The notes under the pieces are model-generated. The model ran no database searches. It saw nothing but the letters and a program-made list of their open reading frames with translations, and had not been told where the DNA came from. Source: Harriotta raleighana (Eukaryota). Taken from it: a DNA stretch of 64,000 nt. The stretch covers positions 3,883,658-3,947,657 of the forward strand of contig JBNZDD010013716.1 in NCBI GenBank assembly GCA_050575255.1, in the 5' to 3' direction. This document shows, piece by piece, positions 50,041-62,690 of this stretch. Both the position numbers and the translations under genes were made by a program. Within the stretch, counting starts at the first letter, position 1; every line of letters begins with the position of its first letter.

Positions 50041-51149
50041 GGCAAATCCTTGATGGCAGCTTTAATTTTGAATCAGTAAGTTTTTTTAAAAAAAAGGAAC
50101 TACAGAATAACATTCAGACTAAATTTGTGATGTTCAAAATTGAAACAAAATCAACAATTTTCTAAGTTTTGGATGTTTTTGAATGATACTGTATTTCGGT
50201 AAGAGGAAATTTTGACTCGGGTGAAATTTCTTCTCATAAGTACCGCATTTTCATTTGTTGTGATCTGCAGTAGGCTGAAAGATTCCCTCGTGTATTGACT
50301 AATGTTTCTTTGGCATTTGAGAGACAATCACACGGCTGACTTTTTGATAATACCAAAACCTTTGCAATTTCTAGCACCAGCTATTATTTTTTTGATTCTC
50401 ACCCACTGTGTTTAATGCTTCTATGTGAATTACCCTGTATAATTGCAACTTGTTGGTGCTGTATTTCTCATACTGCAGATGGTCTTGGCAGCCAAACTTT
50501 AGCGCCCAGCGCACAAAGGGAATGAATTGCACAACTTCCATTTAAACAAAAATGTACATTGTACAATTGGCCTTGATAAGTATGATTTAGAAGTCTCAAT
50601 ACCCAGTAAGCTGCAACACAATGAATACCCAATGAGCTATTTTGGGGATGCCAAATTGATTTTAAAAAAAAGAGATTTCTCTAAAGTTTTCAGCATATGT
50701 AGACTCATACTGTAGTTTGTTTTCTCCTTGGGTTTCTCAGAACTGTTCCTTATGGTTTTACTGTGTCTGGAGCAACCAGCAACTCTGTAAATCAGAGTTT
50801 ATTGATCTACCACATGTGTGGACTGGAACGCACTGATTTATTTACAATTTTAAATTTCTCTGCTAGCACTTTCCAAAGTTCGAGTGCTACTATATATAAC
50901 CATGAGGCCTGTGTTTTTTTTACTTGAATTGTCACTCTGTTAAGGGCTAACAGACACACTTCGCTTTTTAACGCAAAGTTTAAGGTTTAAAAAGTAAATT
51001 AGGGACCATTAGGCTCCATCTTGGAGCTTTGATCTTTTAGCTGTTCTCTGCCAGGGTAGCAACCTTGAGTGTAAAAGCATCCATAGAAATTGCCTGTGTG
51101 TGGATAATGACAATAATATAATATTAATCCTTGCATTTAATATGGATGT

Positions 51150-51537
51150 ATGAAGTAAGGTAACTGTGCAATTGGTGGCCACAGTTCACCCACAAAAGAT
51201 ACTGTCAACTCACTTTACAGTATATTCTGTGAAGCTCTTTGGGACGACTAGCAGACATAAGGCTCTATATCAAATATAAGGATTATTATTAACTCATCAA
51301 GGTTTTGTCCCGACTTGGAATCAAACCCAAGTCCTCTCGCTTCTGAGACGAGTGTTCTAACCAATGTGCTGCAGGTATCTTGGATGCTTGGTTAGTACAG
51401 AATGTGATTTGGCTGGGACATGGTCAACCATCCTGTCAATATGTACAATCTCAGCAGAAACACAGTATATTCTGTGAAGCGCTTCTAGATGTCTAGAAGA
51501 CGTGAAATGCGCTATATCAAATGCTAGGATTATTATA
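51150..51537. mobile_element. Cluster of SINE fragments (+ tail, - head, + tail)
   Basis: Family motifs. Confidence 0.65.
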
Positions 51538-51914
51538 AAGAATAGACGTTTTGTAAAGTGGCCCAAATGATACCTCATAACCAATTGGCATGTTCAAAAG
51601 GGGAGGACAAACAAATTAAAATGAAGGGAATCGGAGCCTTACATAAATGTCTCAAATTAGTATTTGCTTTAATGTTCAATAGTAATAAGTTTTAAATCTC
51701 TCTACTCTTTTATCCTGTCTGAATTGCTTATTTTTCCCGCTTAGCCTTGTTGTCATCACAGTGTCTTTCCCAGTGCAATGTATACTACTTTAGATAGCCA
51801 CTGCGCCTGTGCACAATGATGTACGGTAATACAAAGTACATCAAATACTTACCTATTTTTGCCTCTACCTTTTTCCTTGCTCGACCCTACCATTGTACAG
51901 CCCTCTGAGGCAGA

Positions 51915-53085
51915 TAATTTGTCACCTTTCAGCTGGACTATCCAATGCCCTCCTCGAGTAGTCTCTCCTCCGGCACCATTCACAAAATCCAACTCATTCA
52001 AAATTCAAGCACCCGCATTCTCACACGAACCAAACTTCACTCCCCGATTACCCCAATCCTTGCCAGACTTCACTGGCTCCCTCTCTCTCAGAGCAGACTG
52101 ATTTCAAGATCCTCACTCTTGTGTTTAAATCCCTCCACTCCTCTGAACCCTCACTCCAAAAGCCGCTGAAACCTTGGTCCATGCCTTTGTCACCTCTCGG
52201 CTGGACTATTGTAATGCCCTCCTCTCCGGTCTCCCCTCCACCACAATCCATAAAATCCAGCTAATCCAAAACTCTGCCGCCCACATATTCACCCGCTCCA
52301 AGCTTCGCTCCCCCATTACCGCAGTCCTTGTCAGACTTCACTGGCTCCCTATCCCAGAGAGGATCGACATCCAAGATCCTCACCCTTGTTTTCAAATCCC
52401 TCCACTCCTCTGCAGCCCCCTATCTCTCTGATCTCCTCTCCCCCCAAACTAGCACCCGCTGCCTTCGCTCCTCTGGGTCTGGCCTCCTGCATGTCTCCTG
52501 AATCCTCTGCCCCACCCTCGGCGGTCGTGCCTTCAGCCACTACGCCTCGAGGCTCTGGAACTCACTTCCTCACTCCCTTCGCCTCACCCCCTCTTCCCAA
52601 CTTCAGGTCTCAGCTGAAGACCTTTCTCTTCGACCACGCTTTTCACCATCTGTCTGCTCCTGCCCCGGTCCTGGGATCCGCTATTGTGAAGCACTCCGAG
52701 ACGCCGTCCGGCGTGGAGGGCACTTTATAAATTGAATTTGTTGTTGTTGTTGTTGCACCCTCCTACCTCTGTAACCTTTCTCCTCACAGTACCCATTGCT
52801 GTCTACTGAGTCTGGCCTTCTCCTTGTCCCCCAAATCCTCCGTTCTACCTTCGGCGGCCGTACATTCAGCCACTGCACCCCGAAGCTCTGGAACTCCCTC
52901 CTTCCCTCACTCCCTTCGCCTTGCCCCTTTTCCATTTTCAGGTTGCGCCTGAAAACTTCTGTTTGACCACAATTTTGGTCACTTTTTCCCTCTCCCCCTG
53001 GCTCAGTCCTTGGTTGCGCTTTGTGAAGCACTCCGAAATGCCATCTGACGTGGCGGGCGCTGTATAAATCCAAGTTGTTGTTGTT
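51915..53085 (+). mobile_element. Three consecutive L2 3' fragments (51915-52145, 52155-52755, 52795-53085)
   Basis: [15 protein letters not shown] occurs twice, [14 protein letters not shown] is present, and there are two (TTG)n tails. Confidence 0.9.
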
Positions 53086-53269
53086 ATCCTATGTGAGACT
53101 ATCTAGGTTTGAGTTGTTAAATTGATCAAAAATCCTTCATTGTTTTTTATGAAGGGGACAAGTGATGAAACACATGGGAAATCCAATCCACGTGAATTTT
53201 GAACTCTGCGATTAATGTAGTTTGTGCCATTTTGTTTGTGTATCTGCCTGGATCAACTAATCACACACC

Positions 53270-53600
53270 ATCTGAGTCAGAAGGTTGGATGCTGAAGATC
53301 CCATGGCACTGGAAATTTCNTGTGTATCTGCCTGGATCAACTAATCACACACAATCTGAGTCAGAAGGTTGGATGCTGAAGATCCCATGGCACTGGAAAT
53401 TTCCCCACTGTTAAAGGTCCCATTGAAGTCTCTCTCCTGGTTTTTTGGCCAACAATCTTCCCAATAAAGTTGGTCATTCACTTCATCGCTGTGTGCAAAT
53501 TGGCTGTCACGTTCACTTACAAAATACACGTTCACTAGCTGCACTTAACAGTAAATCTTGTAAAGTGCTTTGTGATGTTCTCCCAAAGTGAAAAGTGAGA
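53270..53600 (+). mobile_element. Internally deleted Deu-domain SINE (with artefactual duplication at n53320)
   Basis: tctgagtcagaaggtt|ggatgctgaagatcccatggcact...tggccaacaat...gtgcaaattggctg. Confidence 0.6.
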
Positions 53601-54179
53601 GTTTTGAAGATTTCATTGCTACAGAAAGGTAAATTTCCCAAAATTCTGGAACACTCTTCGTCTATCCCTCCGCCTTGCCCTTTCCTTCCCCACCTTTTGG
53701 TCGTGTCTGAATACCTTCTTATTCGATCGTGTCTAAAGTTACCCCCAACCCGGGTCGGCATCGTGCTCCACCACTGCTCTCTGGGTCACTACACTGTGTG
53801 AGAGACGCTATATAAATGCATGTTTTTGTTGTAAGAAATTTATAAGAAAAACTATTTAAATATTATTTTGGATTCATAAGACCAGTGTCCTGTGTTGACA
53901 ATACCTGGGATGTCTTTCCACAGACTAAATATTACTGAACTTATATTAAAAAAATTGACTTGCATGTGACATTCTCACATTCCCGACACACTTACAAAGA
54001 GGTGTATTTTCTTAATTTAGCAAAACTGGTGTTGAATTCAGCATCACAGAAAGAACTACTTTTTTGGTCAGCTGGATGGATGTGTGGCGCAGGCAGGAAC
54101 ACAGTAACCCAAGTGTTTAGCGAGTTGCTGAGACTTGTGCAAACGCATGGATATTTCCATTTGTCTGGCGTTATTATTA

Positions 54180-54477
54180 TTAATAATAATTCTTGCATTT
54201 GATATAGCTCTTTTCATGTTTTCTAGGTGTCTCAAAACACTTCACAGAATATAATGTATAGTGCATTGACTGTGTAGGGCGAAACGCGGCAGCCAATTGC
54301 GCACAGCAGTGTCCCACGAACAGTCGTCGATTGAAATGACCAAATTATTATTGTTTTTTAAGGGATTATTCTTAGGCTTGTGGAGTAATGAAACTTGCCC
54401 AAGGTTTAACACTGCTTGGAATTTAATCCAGGTCTCTCGCTTGGAAGGCGAGTGCTCTAACCATTGAGCTACAGGAT
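54180..54477 (-). mobile_element. Full-length tRNA-SINE
   Basis: Reverse complement from tail to head. Confidence 0.9.
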
Positions 54478-57400
54478 TTCTAAGGTTTAGGTTACCTGCC
54501 GATTGTTCTGCTTGAACCACCCTCTCCATTTGGACTTGGTCTTGAAGGGGTAATAGGAGCCAAGTAGGAAGAATCCTTGAGCCCAATATGAAGAAATTCA
54601 CATAACACAAATCTTGGTTCAGTTTAATTGAGAAAAAAATGTGAAACTCAACATTGTAAGAAGACTATTCCATCGTTATCGAATGCATTGTATTTTCTGC
54701 GCACAAAAATAGTCACTTCACTTTACTTTATATTCTATGAAGAGCTTCCACATATCTAATGTAATAAGGTACTGTATTAAATCAAGGATTATTTATTATT
54801 ATCTGTTCTGGATTATGACAGTTTAGTGTTGGTGTAACTTTAGAGTATATTCAGAGTCCCTTCCTGAATATTTAACTTCATAGCTGTTCAAATTTATTTT
54901 TCTAGGATTTGTGCACACAAATAGCAAAAGGCACCTTAATTGACAACAGAAGTAGATCATAAAATTCCTGACTGTATGATTTACTGCAGAGATATTTTCT
55001 TTATACCAAATCCTTGTAATTCAAATTGATTTCAATTGGCTTCAATGTCTCTTCGTAATCCTGATTTCTTAATGATTATACAATGCCAAACTACTGTAAA
55101 GTATTGGAATCTGTAAGAATGAAGATTGATGTCAGTAATATGGTCTATTTATTTAACTTAGGATTTTTTGCAGTGAAGTATGAAACTGCAAGGAAACTCA
55201 CATTTGTTACAATAGAAATAAAATGACTATTTATATTCTGAATCGAGTGAGGTAATGGATTTGGGGGTATTTTGCAGCTATCCAACTTTAGCATCTAGAG
55301 AATGAATTCCAGTTGGAAATGTCACAATTTTATCACATGGTTTTATTCAGAGAATTGAATAATTTTGTATTCCTAATGTTATGCATTATAATGCATTCCT
55401 TTATGTATTCCTAAGAAGGGAGATCGATTTCTAGTGAATATACTGTGCTTTAGTCAAGTACTCTAAATTTGACCCAATTCTTATGTGGATCATAGTTTTA
55501 GTGATAATTAAACTGGTGGACAGACTGTAGTATCTGAATATCAGTAATCTTAGCTTGAAGTATTTGTGCTTATTAATTGCGAAAATTCATTTGAAATTCA
55601 GGTTCATCCCAAATCATATATTAAATTAGCTGTTAATTCAGAGCAAATCCACATTTACGAACTTCGTGTTAACAAGGGCTTAAGAACGAAGTAGCTGTGC
55701 AGTTTTTGTTGATCCAGTACTCTGCGATTTCTCCTCATAAACCTGGCAAAACCCTTTCAGTGTGGAATGTTAATGGAGTGGAGTAATGAGCACAGCTTGT
55801 GGATGTGACAGATCAGATGGGAGCGTGTGTTCAACAGTGCAAGATCCAGAGACAAGAGACCCTTATGGGACAGTAGCATTACTAGCAGATAAAAGCAGTG
55901 GGGAGGTTGTAAACCCAGCAGTTGACCATGTTCTTCACCTCTAAAAGGGTCAGCAGAACTCACTGGTAAGGGCCCCACCAGTTGGAGTTGTAAAACAGTC
56001 ACTGTGTGTATTTCGTTTGCAATTTGATGATACCCACTGTGGTAACTGTTAACATTAGGGTTAAAGAAAAGTCAGCTTCCGCATTTGTTAATTTCCATTT
56101 GATAACTTTCACAAGTGTACCTATATATATATATACATAGCAATATATATATCTATATAGCTGTTTCAGAAGAGTAGTTTTCACGGTGCTTAATTCAAAA
56201 TTTCACTGTCGTCAAAACATATTTCCAAATGCGAGTTGTGGCTATTGATGGACTTGTCACATCTGGGCCAATAACAGCAGCATACAAGTGTGTGCATGTG
56301 GAAAACTTTACATTGTGCAAAACAATAATGATTTCATTTATGAAACCACAAAGCAAAAAGTGTATTGTTCCATTCAATTCAGTGTCTTGGATCTATGCCT
56401 TATTTATATTGCCCCCTTGTACGGTTAGATTTCAGTTTGTTTTGACTCTGACCTAATCTAACCAAAGTGACCGGGGCAGATGACTCATGATTGCAGGCAG
56501 GTCTGAAAGAATCCGCGGCTCAGGCATTCCATGTTTATACTGTCAAGTATCAAACGGAGGGAACTGGAAATAGGAAGTGTCCGCTTTACAAATAACAGTA
56601 TAAACGGGCATAAATTGTACCTTCAAGCAGGTTTTATGGCTTGTGATCCTCAGCGTGTGGTTTACGGTTTGGTGTGGTGATCTTTTGTCACCAAGTGTAA
56701 AAAGACAATTTGCAAAGGTGTGGATGGAAGTACAGTCATCTCGACCTGACTGTAATCCCCGATAGGAGATGCATTTTGTGGTGAGGGTGAGAATGGATTG
56801 ACTGGGTTTATTCGTTGAACTGGTGGGACTGAGGCAAGCACGCCTGAATCATTCACTGCTTCACTAGGTTGAGAGTTCATTGTTCTACTGCTACACATCC
56901 CAGTTCACCTTGAAAATCAAAACCGAGGATCAGCATTGTGGTCTTACTGGCGATAATTACATTGACCAAAGGCACCATCAGTACTTATGACTGGTTTCAT
57001 GGATGATACCTTTAGCCCCTGAGGCCAGTGTTCACAATTGACTGCTTTTAACCTCATTTTTGGCCATACGATAATTTTCCACCCGTTGCAATTTTGACCA
57101 TGATTTCTTAGACCAGAAGATTAATAATCTTCAACTAATCACCAAATCTATTTGCCCCCCGAAAGTTATTTATACACAAAAATGTCTCCAATAGCAGAGA
57201 AATTGTAGAATAGTGAGCAGCGTGAACTGATTGTGAAACAGTGGGAGAGAACATTCTTCATTGCTGCAAAGCTTTTAGTTTCTGCAGTCTAAGTGAACTG
57301 TGAGAGTTATTAGGGTCGTGGCAATGTCAAGATGAGAATGATAAGCTTTCGCAGGACCAGCAGCCAGAAAATTAGTGTGTTCCAGAAAGCGATTTTGCTG

Positions 57401-57753
57401 CAAGCAAATAATACACCTTTTTATTAGTATATTATTCATCAGAATAATGAAATATTATTTCATCAAAAAACAGATGAAGTGGGATATTTAGCACGACCGT
57501 ACAAGTAAATATAATGGGCCCTCAGATCTTTGGAGAAACATCATATAATTGTCAGTGGTGAAGGATACATATGTAGGGGCCGAAAAAGCATCGAGCTGCC
57601 ATGTCTGTGTTATGAAATATGAATTGCTTTCAGTACCACCTGCCTGTATGTGTTCAGAAAACAGTTATGGAAAAATTAAGTAGATGTCAAACGATTTTTA
57701 TGGTGCTACCCCTATGGCTCGGAAAGTTGTTAGCATCTATTAAGCTTCTAATC

Positions 57754-60700
57754 CATCTGAAATTTATTTTGGCATTCCCAAGTTGCTCTTTTACACTTTG
57801 TGTTAGACAATGCACAGGTACCCATGGATCATGTTCAATCTGAATCAGGTGCTGAAATAGTTGGAATCCAGAACTGACATTGGGTTCACAGGCAATCTTG
57901 GTGTCTGAGCAGATTGACATTTAGCAATTCATAATGGTGTTTAATGCAACTACTGAGGTTTCTGATGCAGCCCACCCCACATTGGCACTTGAAACTCGTA
58001 GTCTAGGCTGACACTTCAGTGCATTGCTGGTGGTGGGCTGCATTGTTGAAGGTGTCGTCCTTCAGTTGAGATTTTAAACTGACCTGCCTATCTGGAGCTC
58101 CTATAGCTTACTGATTAGAGCACCCGACTTACAAGCTTGAGACCTGTGTTCGAATCTAGGTAGACTAGGGCGAAACCTTGGGCAAGTTTCCTTACACATC
58201 TAATAATAATCCGACAAAAAAAACACACAATAATAAAGTTGGTCATTTCAATCCACGACTGTTTGTGGGACACTGCTGTGCGTAATTGGCTGCCGCATTT
58301 TGTCCACAAATATATGGTCAATTCACTTTACAGTATATTCTGTGAAGCGCTTTGAGACTTCGATAAGTTGTGAAAAGCGCTATATCAAATGCAACGATTA
58401 TTATTATTTTTATATAAGTGGATGTCATGGCACTATTCAAAAGAAGAAAGGAGTTTCTCCAGGTTTCCCAGCCAACAATCTCCCAGACAAACTCTCTTGT
58501 CTTTTTTGAATATTGCAATGGGATCTTTAACGTCTACCCGAGCAGACAGATAGACCTTGGTTAAAGTCTCACTTGAAGGATCTAGGCATGCATTTCTGAG
58601 CACAAAGTCCTGATATGGGGTGCAAATCTACAAGCTGACTCAGAGGCAAACATGCTGCGAGCTGAGCATGCTGACAGCTAATAAGACAGTTGGGTTAGTG
58701 TAGAAAGGTGGCCCTTCCTCTAGATCTCTCTACCAAGACCACTTTGCCTTTCTATCGCTTTCCCTATCTTCGAACATTTCCAAAAAACCTAGCGCTTTGA
58801 CTGTCCATTTGGTCAAAATCTTTAAATCAATTATCTCTCTGTTTGATATCCATCACATTTACGAAGTGCTTTGAGATTTTTTTAACATGAAAAACTCAAC
58901 ATAAATGTAAGTTGTGTGGAAAGTATCTTGAGCCAAATCAGATCATCAGCTTGTGGTTAGTTTTTGTTGTTGTTTTGTGCATTTGAAAGCAAAAGTTTAA
59001 CGGTTTGGTTTACTTTGTTTGTAATGGTGATTTGGGACGTCCTCGCGACACGGAAGGCACTATACAAATGTTGTTGGTGTGATTGACTTTCGTTTTGTGC
59101 ATTTTTCTGGATTCCCGGATTAATAAACGTTTGGGCTTCTCAGTGACTGATAAAGTAAAGCAACGTTAATTCCAGTTTATTATCATGTCAAAGGTCCAGA
59201 CCTGTCACCTGCTTGATAAAGAACAGGCCTAAAGGTATGGGCCACAGAGCAGCTCAAACCTGTCAGTAACCACATGATTGGATTATCTTGCTGATTTATG
59301 GACCTGACTGCTGAAGAACTCAATGGTGACAGCCAACTCTACTGTTAACACCTTCCTTATCACATTTTCTTTTTTTTTGCATCAGTTCTCACTTGTTTCC
59401 CCATTTCCTGCGTTACGGACCTGTCGAGGAAAGTCTTAGCCTTTTTTAGCAGCGAGGAGTCACTCAGCAAGTGCCTGCAAATGGCACAGGGTATCTNGAA
59501 GGTGTCGTCCTTCAGTTGAGATTTTAAACTGACCTGCCTATCTGGAGCTCCTATAGCTTACTGATTAGAGCACCCGACTTACAAGCTTGAGACCTGTGTT
59601 CGAATCTAGGTAGACTAGGGCGAAACCTTGGGCAAGTTTCCTTACACATCTAATAATAATCCGACAAAAAAAACACACAATAATAAAGTTGGTCATTTCA
59701 ATCCACGACTGTTTGTGGGACACTGCTGTGCGTAATTGGCTGCCGCATTTTGTCCACAAATATATGGTCAATTCACTTTACAGTATATTCTGTGAAGCGC
59801 TTTGAGACTTCGATAAGTTGTGAAAAGCGCTATATCAAATGCAACGATTATTATTATTTTTATATAAGTGGATGTCATGGCACTATTCAAAAGAAGAAAG
59901 GAGTTTCTCCAGGTTTCCCAGCCAACAATCTCCCAGACAAACTCTCTTGTCTTTTTTGAATATTGCAATGGGATCTTTAACGTCTACCCGAGCAGACAGA
60001 TAGACCTTGGTTAAAGTCTCACTTGAAGGATCTAGGCATGCATTTCTGAGCACAAAGTCCTGATATGGGGTGCAAATCTACAAGCTGACTCAGAGGCAAA
60101 CATGCTGCGAGCTGAGCATGCTGACAGCTAATAAGACAGTTGGGTTAGTGTAGAAAGGTGGCCCTTCCTCTAGATCTCTCTACCAAGACCACTTTGCCTT
60201 TCTATCGCTTTCCCTATCTTCGAACATTTCCAAAAAACCTAGCGCTTTGACTGTCCATTTGGTCAAAATCTTTAAATCAATTATCTCTCTGTTTGATATC
60301 CATCACATTTACGAAGTGCTTTGAGATTTTTTTAACATGAAAAACTCAACATAAATGTAAGTTGTGTGGAAAGTATCTTGAGCCAAATCAGATCATCAGC
60401 TTGTGGTTAGTTTTTGTTGTTGTTTTGTGCATTTGAAAGCAAAAGTTTAACGGTTTGGTTTACTTTGTTTGTAATGGTGATTTGGGACGTCCTCGCGACA
60501 CGGAAGGCACTATACAAATGTTGTTGGTGTGATTGACTTTCGTTTTGTGCATTTTTCTGGATTCCCGGATTAATAAACGTTTGGGCTTCTCAGTGACTGA
60601 TAAAGTAAAGCAACGTTAATTCCAGTTTATTATCATGTCAAAGGTCCAGACCTGTCACCTGCTTGATAAAGAACAGGCCTAAAGGTATGGGCCACAGAGC

Positions 60701-62690
60701 AGCTCAAACCTGTCAGTAACCACATGATTGGATTATCTTGCTGATTTATGGACCTGACTGCTGAAGAACTCAATGGTGACAGCCAACTCTACTGTTAACA
60801 CCTTCCTTATCACATTTTCTTTTTTTTTGCATCAGTTCTCACTTGTTTCCCCATTTCCTGCGTTACGGACCTGTCGAGGAAAGTCTTAGCCTTTTTTAGC
60901 AGCGAGGAGTCACTCAGCAAGTGCCTGCAAATGGCACAGGGTATCTNCATCTGAAATTTATTTTGGCATTCCCAAGTTGCTCTTTTACGCTTTGTGTGAG
61001 ACAATGCACAGGTACCCATGGATCATGTTCAGTCTGAATCAGGTGCTGAAATAGTTGGAATCCAGAACTGACATTGGGTTCACAGGCAATCTTGGTGTCT
61101 GAGCAGATTGACATTTAGCAATTCATAATGGTGTTTAATGCAACTACTGAGGTTTCTGATGCAGCCCACCCCACATTGGCACTTGAAACTCGTAGTCTAG
61201 GCTGACACTTCAGTGCATTGCTGGTGGTGGGCTGCATTGTTGAAGGTGTCGTCCTTCAGTTGAGATTTTAAACTGACCTGCCTATCTGGAGCTCCTATAG
61301 CTTACTGATTAGAGCACCCGACTTACAAGCTTGAGACCTGTGTTCGAATCTAGGTAGACTAGGGCGAAACCTTGGGCAAGTTTCCTTACACATCTAATAA
61401 TAATCCGACAAAAAAAACACACAATAATAAAGTTGGTCATTTCAATCCACGACTGTTTGTGGGACACTGCTGTGCGTAATTGGCTGCCGCATTTTGTCCA
61501 CAAATATATGGTCAATTCACTTTACAGTATATTCTGTGAAGCGCTTTGAGACTTCGATAAGTTGTGAAAAGCGCTATATCAAATGCAACGATTATTATTA
61601 TTTTTATATAAGTGGATGTCATGGCACTATTCAAAAGAAGAAAGGAGTTTCTCCAGGTTTCCCAGCCAACAATCTCCCAGACAAACTCTCTTGTCTTTTT
61701 TGAATATTGCAATGGGATCTTTAACGTCTACCCGAGCAGACAGATAGACCTTGGTTAAAGTCTCACTTGAAGGATCTGGGCATGCATTTCTGAGCACAAA
61801 GTCCTGATATGGGGTGCAAATCTACAAGCTGACTCAGAGGCAAACATGCTGCGAGCTGAGCATGCTGACAGCTAATAAGACAGTTGGGTTAGTGTAGAAA
61901 GGTGGCCCTTCCTCTAGATCTCTCTACCAAGACCACTTTGCCTTTCTATCGCTTTCCCTATCTTCGAACATTTCCAAAAAACCTAGCGCTTTGACTGTCC
62001 ATTTGGTCAAAATCTTTAAATCAATTATCTCTCTGTTTGATATCCATCACATTTACGAAGTGCTTTGAGATTTTTTTAACATGAAAAACTCAACATAAAT
62101 GTAAGTTGTGTGGAAAGTATCTTGAGCCAAATCAGATCATCAGCTTGTGGTTAGTTTTTGTTGTTGTTTTGTGCATTTGAAAGCAAAAGTTTAACGGTTT
62201 GGTTTACTTTGTTTGTAATGGTGATTTGGGACGTCCTCGCGACACGGAAGGCACTATACAAATGTTGTTGGTGTGATTGACTTTCGTTTTGTGCATTTTT
62301 CTGGATTCCCGGATTAATAAACGTTTGGGCTTCTCAGTGACTGATAAAGTAAAGCAACGTTAATTCCAGTTTATTATCATGTCAAAGGTCCAGACCTGTC
62401 ACCTGCTTGATAAAGAACAGGCCTAAAGGTATGGGCCACAGAGCAGCTCAAACCTGTCAGTAACCACATGATTGGATTATCTTGCTGATTTATGGACCTG
62501 ACTGCTGAAGAACTCAATGGTGACAGCCAACTCTACTGTTAACACCTTCCTTATCACATTTTCTTTTTTTTTGCATCAGTTCTCACTTGTTTCCCCATTT
62601 CCTGCGTTACGGACCTGTCGAGGAAAGTCTTAGCCTTTTTTAGCAGCGAGGAGTCACTCAGCAAGTGCCTGCAAATGGCACAGGGTATCT
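57754..62690 (+). repeat. Apparent tandem triplication (57754-59496, 59498-60946, 60948-62690) joined by single n; probable assembly artefact
   Basis: Copies of 1743, 1449 and 1743 bp, near-identical, each junction a single n. Confidence 0.9.
57990..58670. mobile_element. Deu-domain SINE (+) split by a full tRNA-SINE (58094-58410), followed by an inverted Deu fragment; repeated in the duplicated copies
   Basis: ggctgacacttcagtgca...gaaggtgtcgtccttcagttgagattttaaac | SINE | gtggatgtcatggcactattcaaaagaag, then reverse-complement aaagatcccattgcaatattcaa. Confidence 0.75.

Noticed and set aside
55440-55530. KFDPILMWII resembling the next VPS13B exon (NIDPILYTWLI)
   Set aside because: Flanking residues do not match AVLLCSIQGLAV or YQPQKR, and there are no fitting splice sites. 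Likely a chance match.
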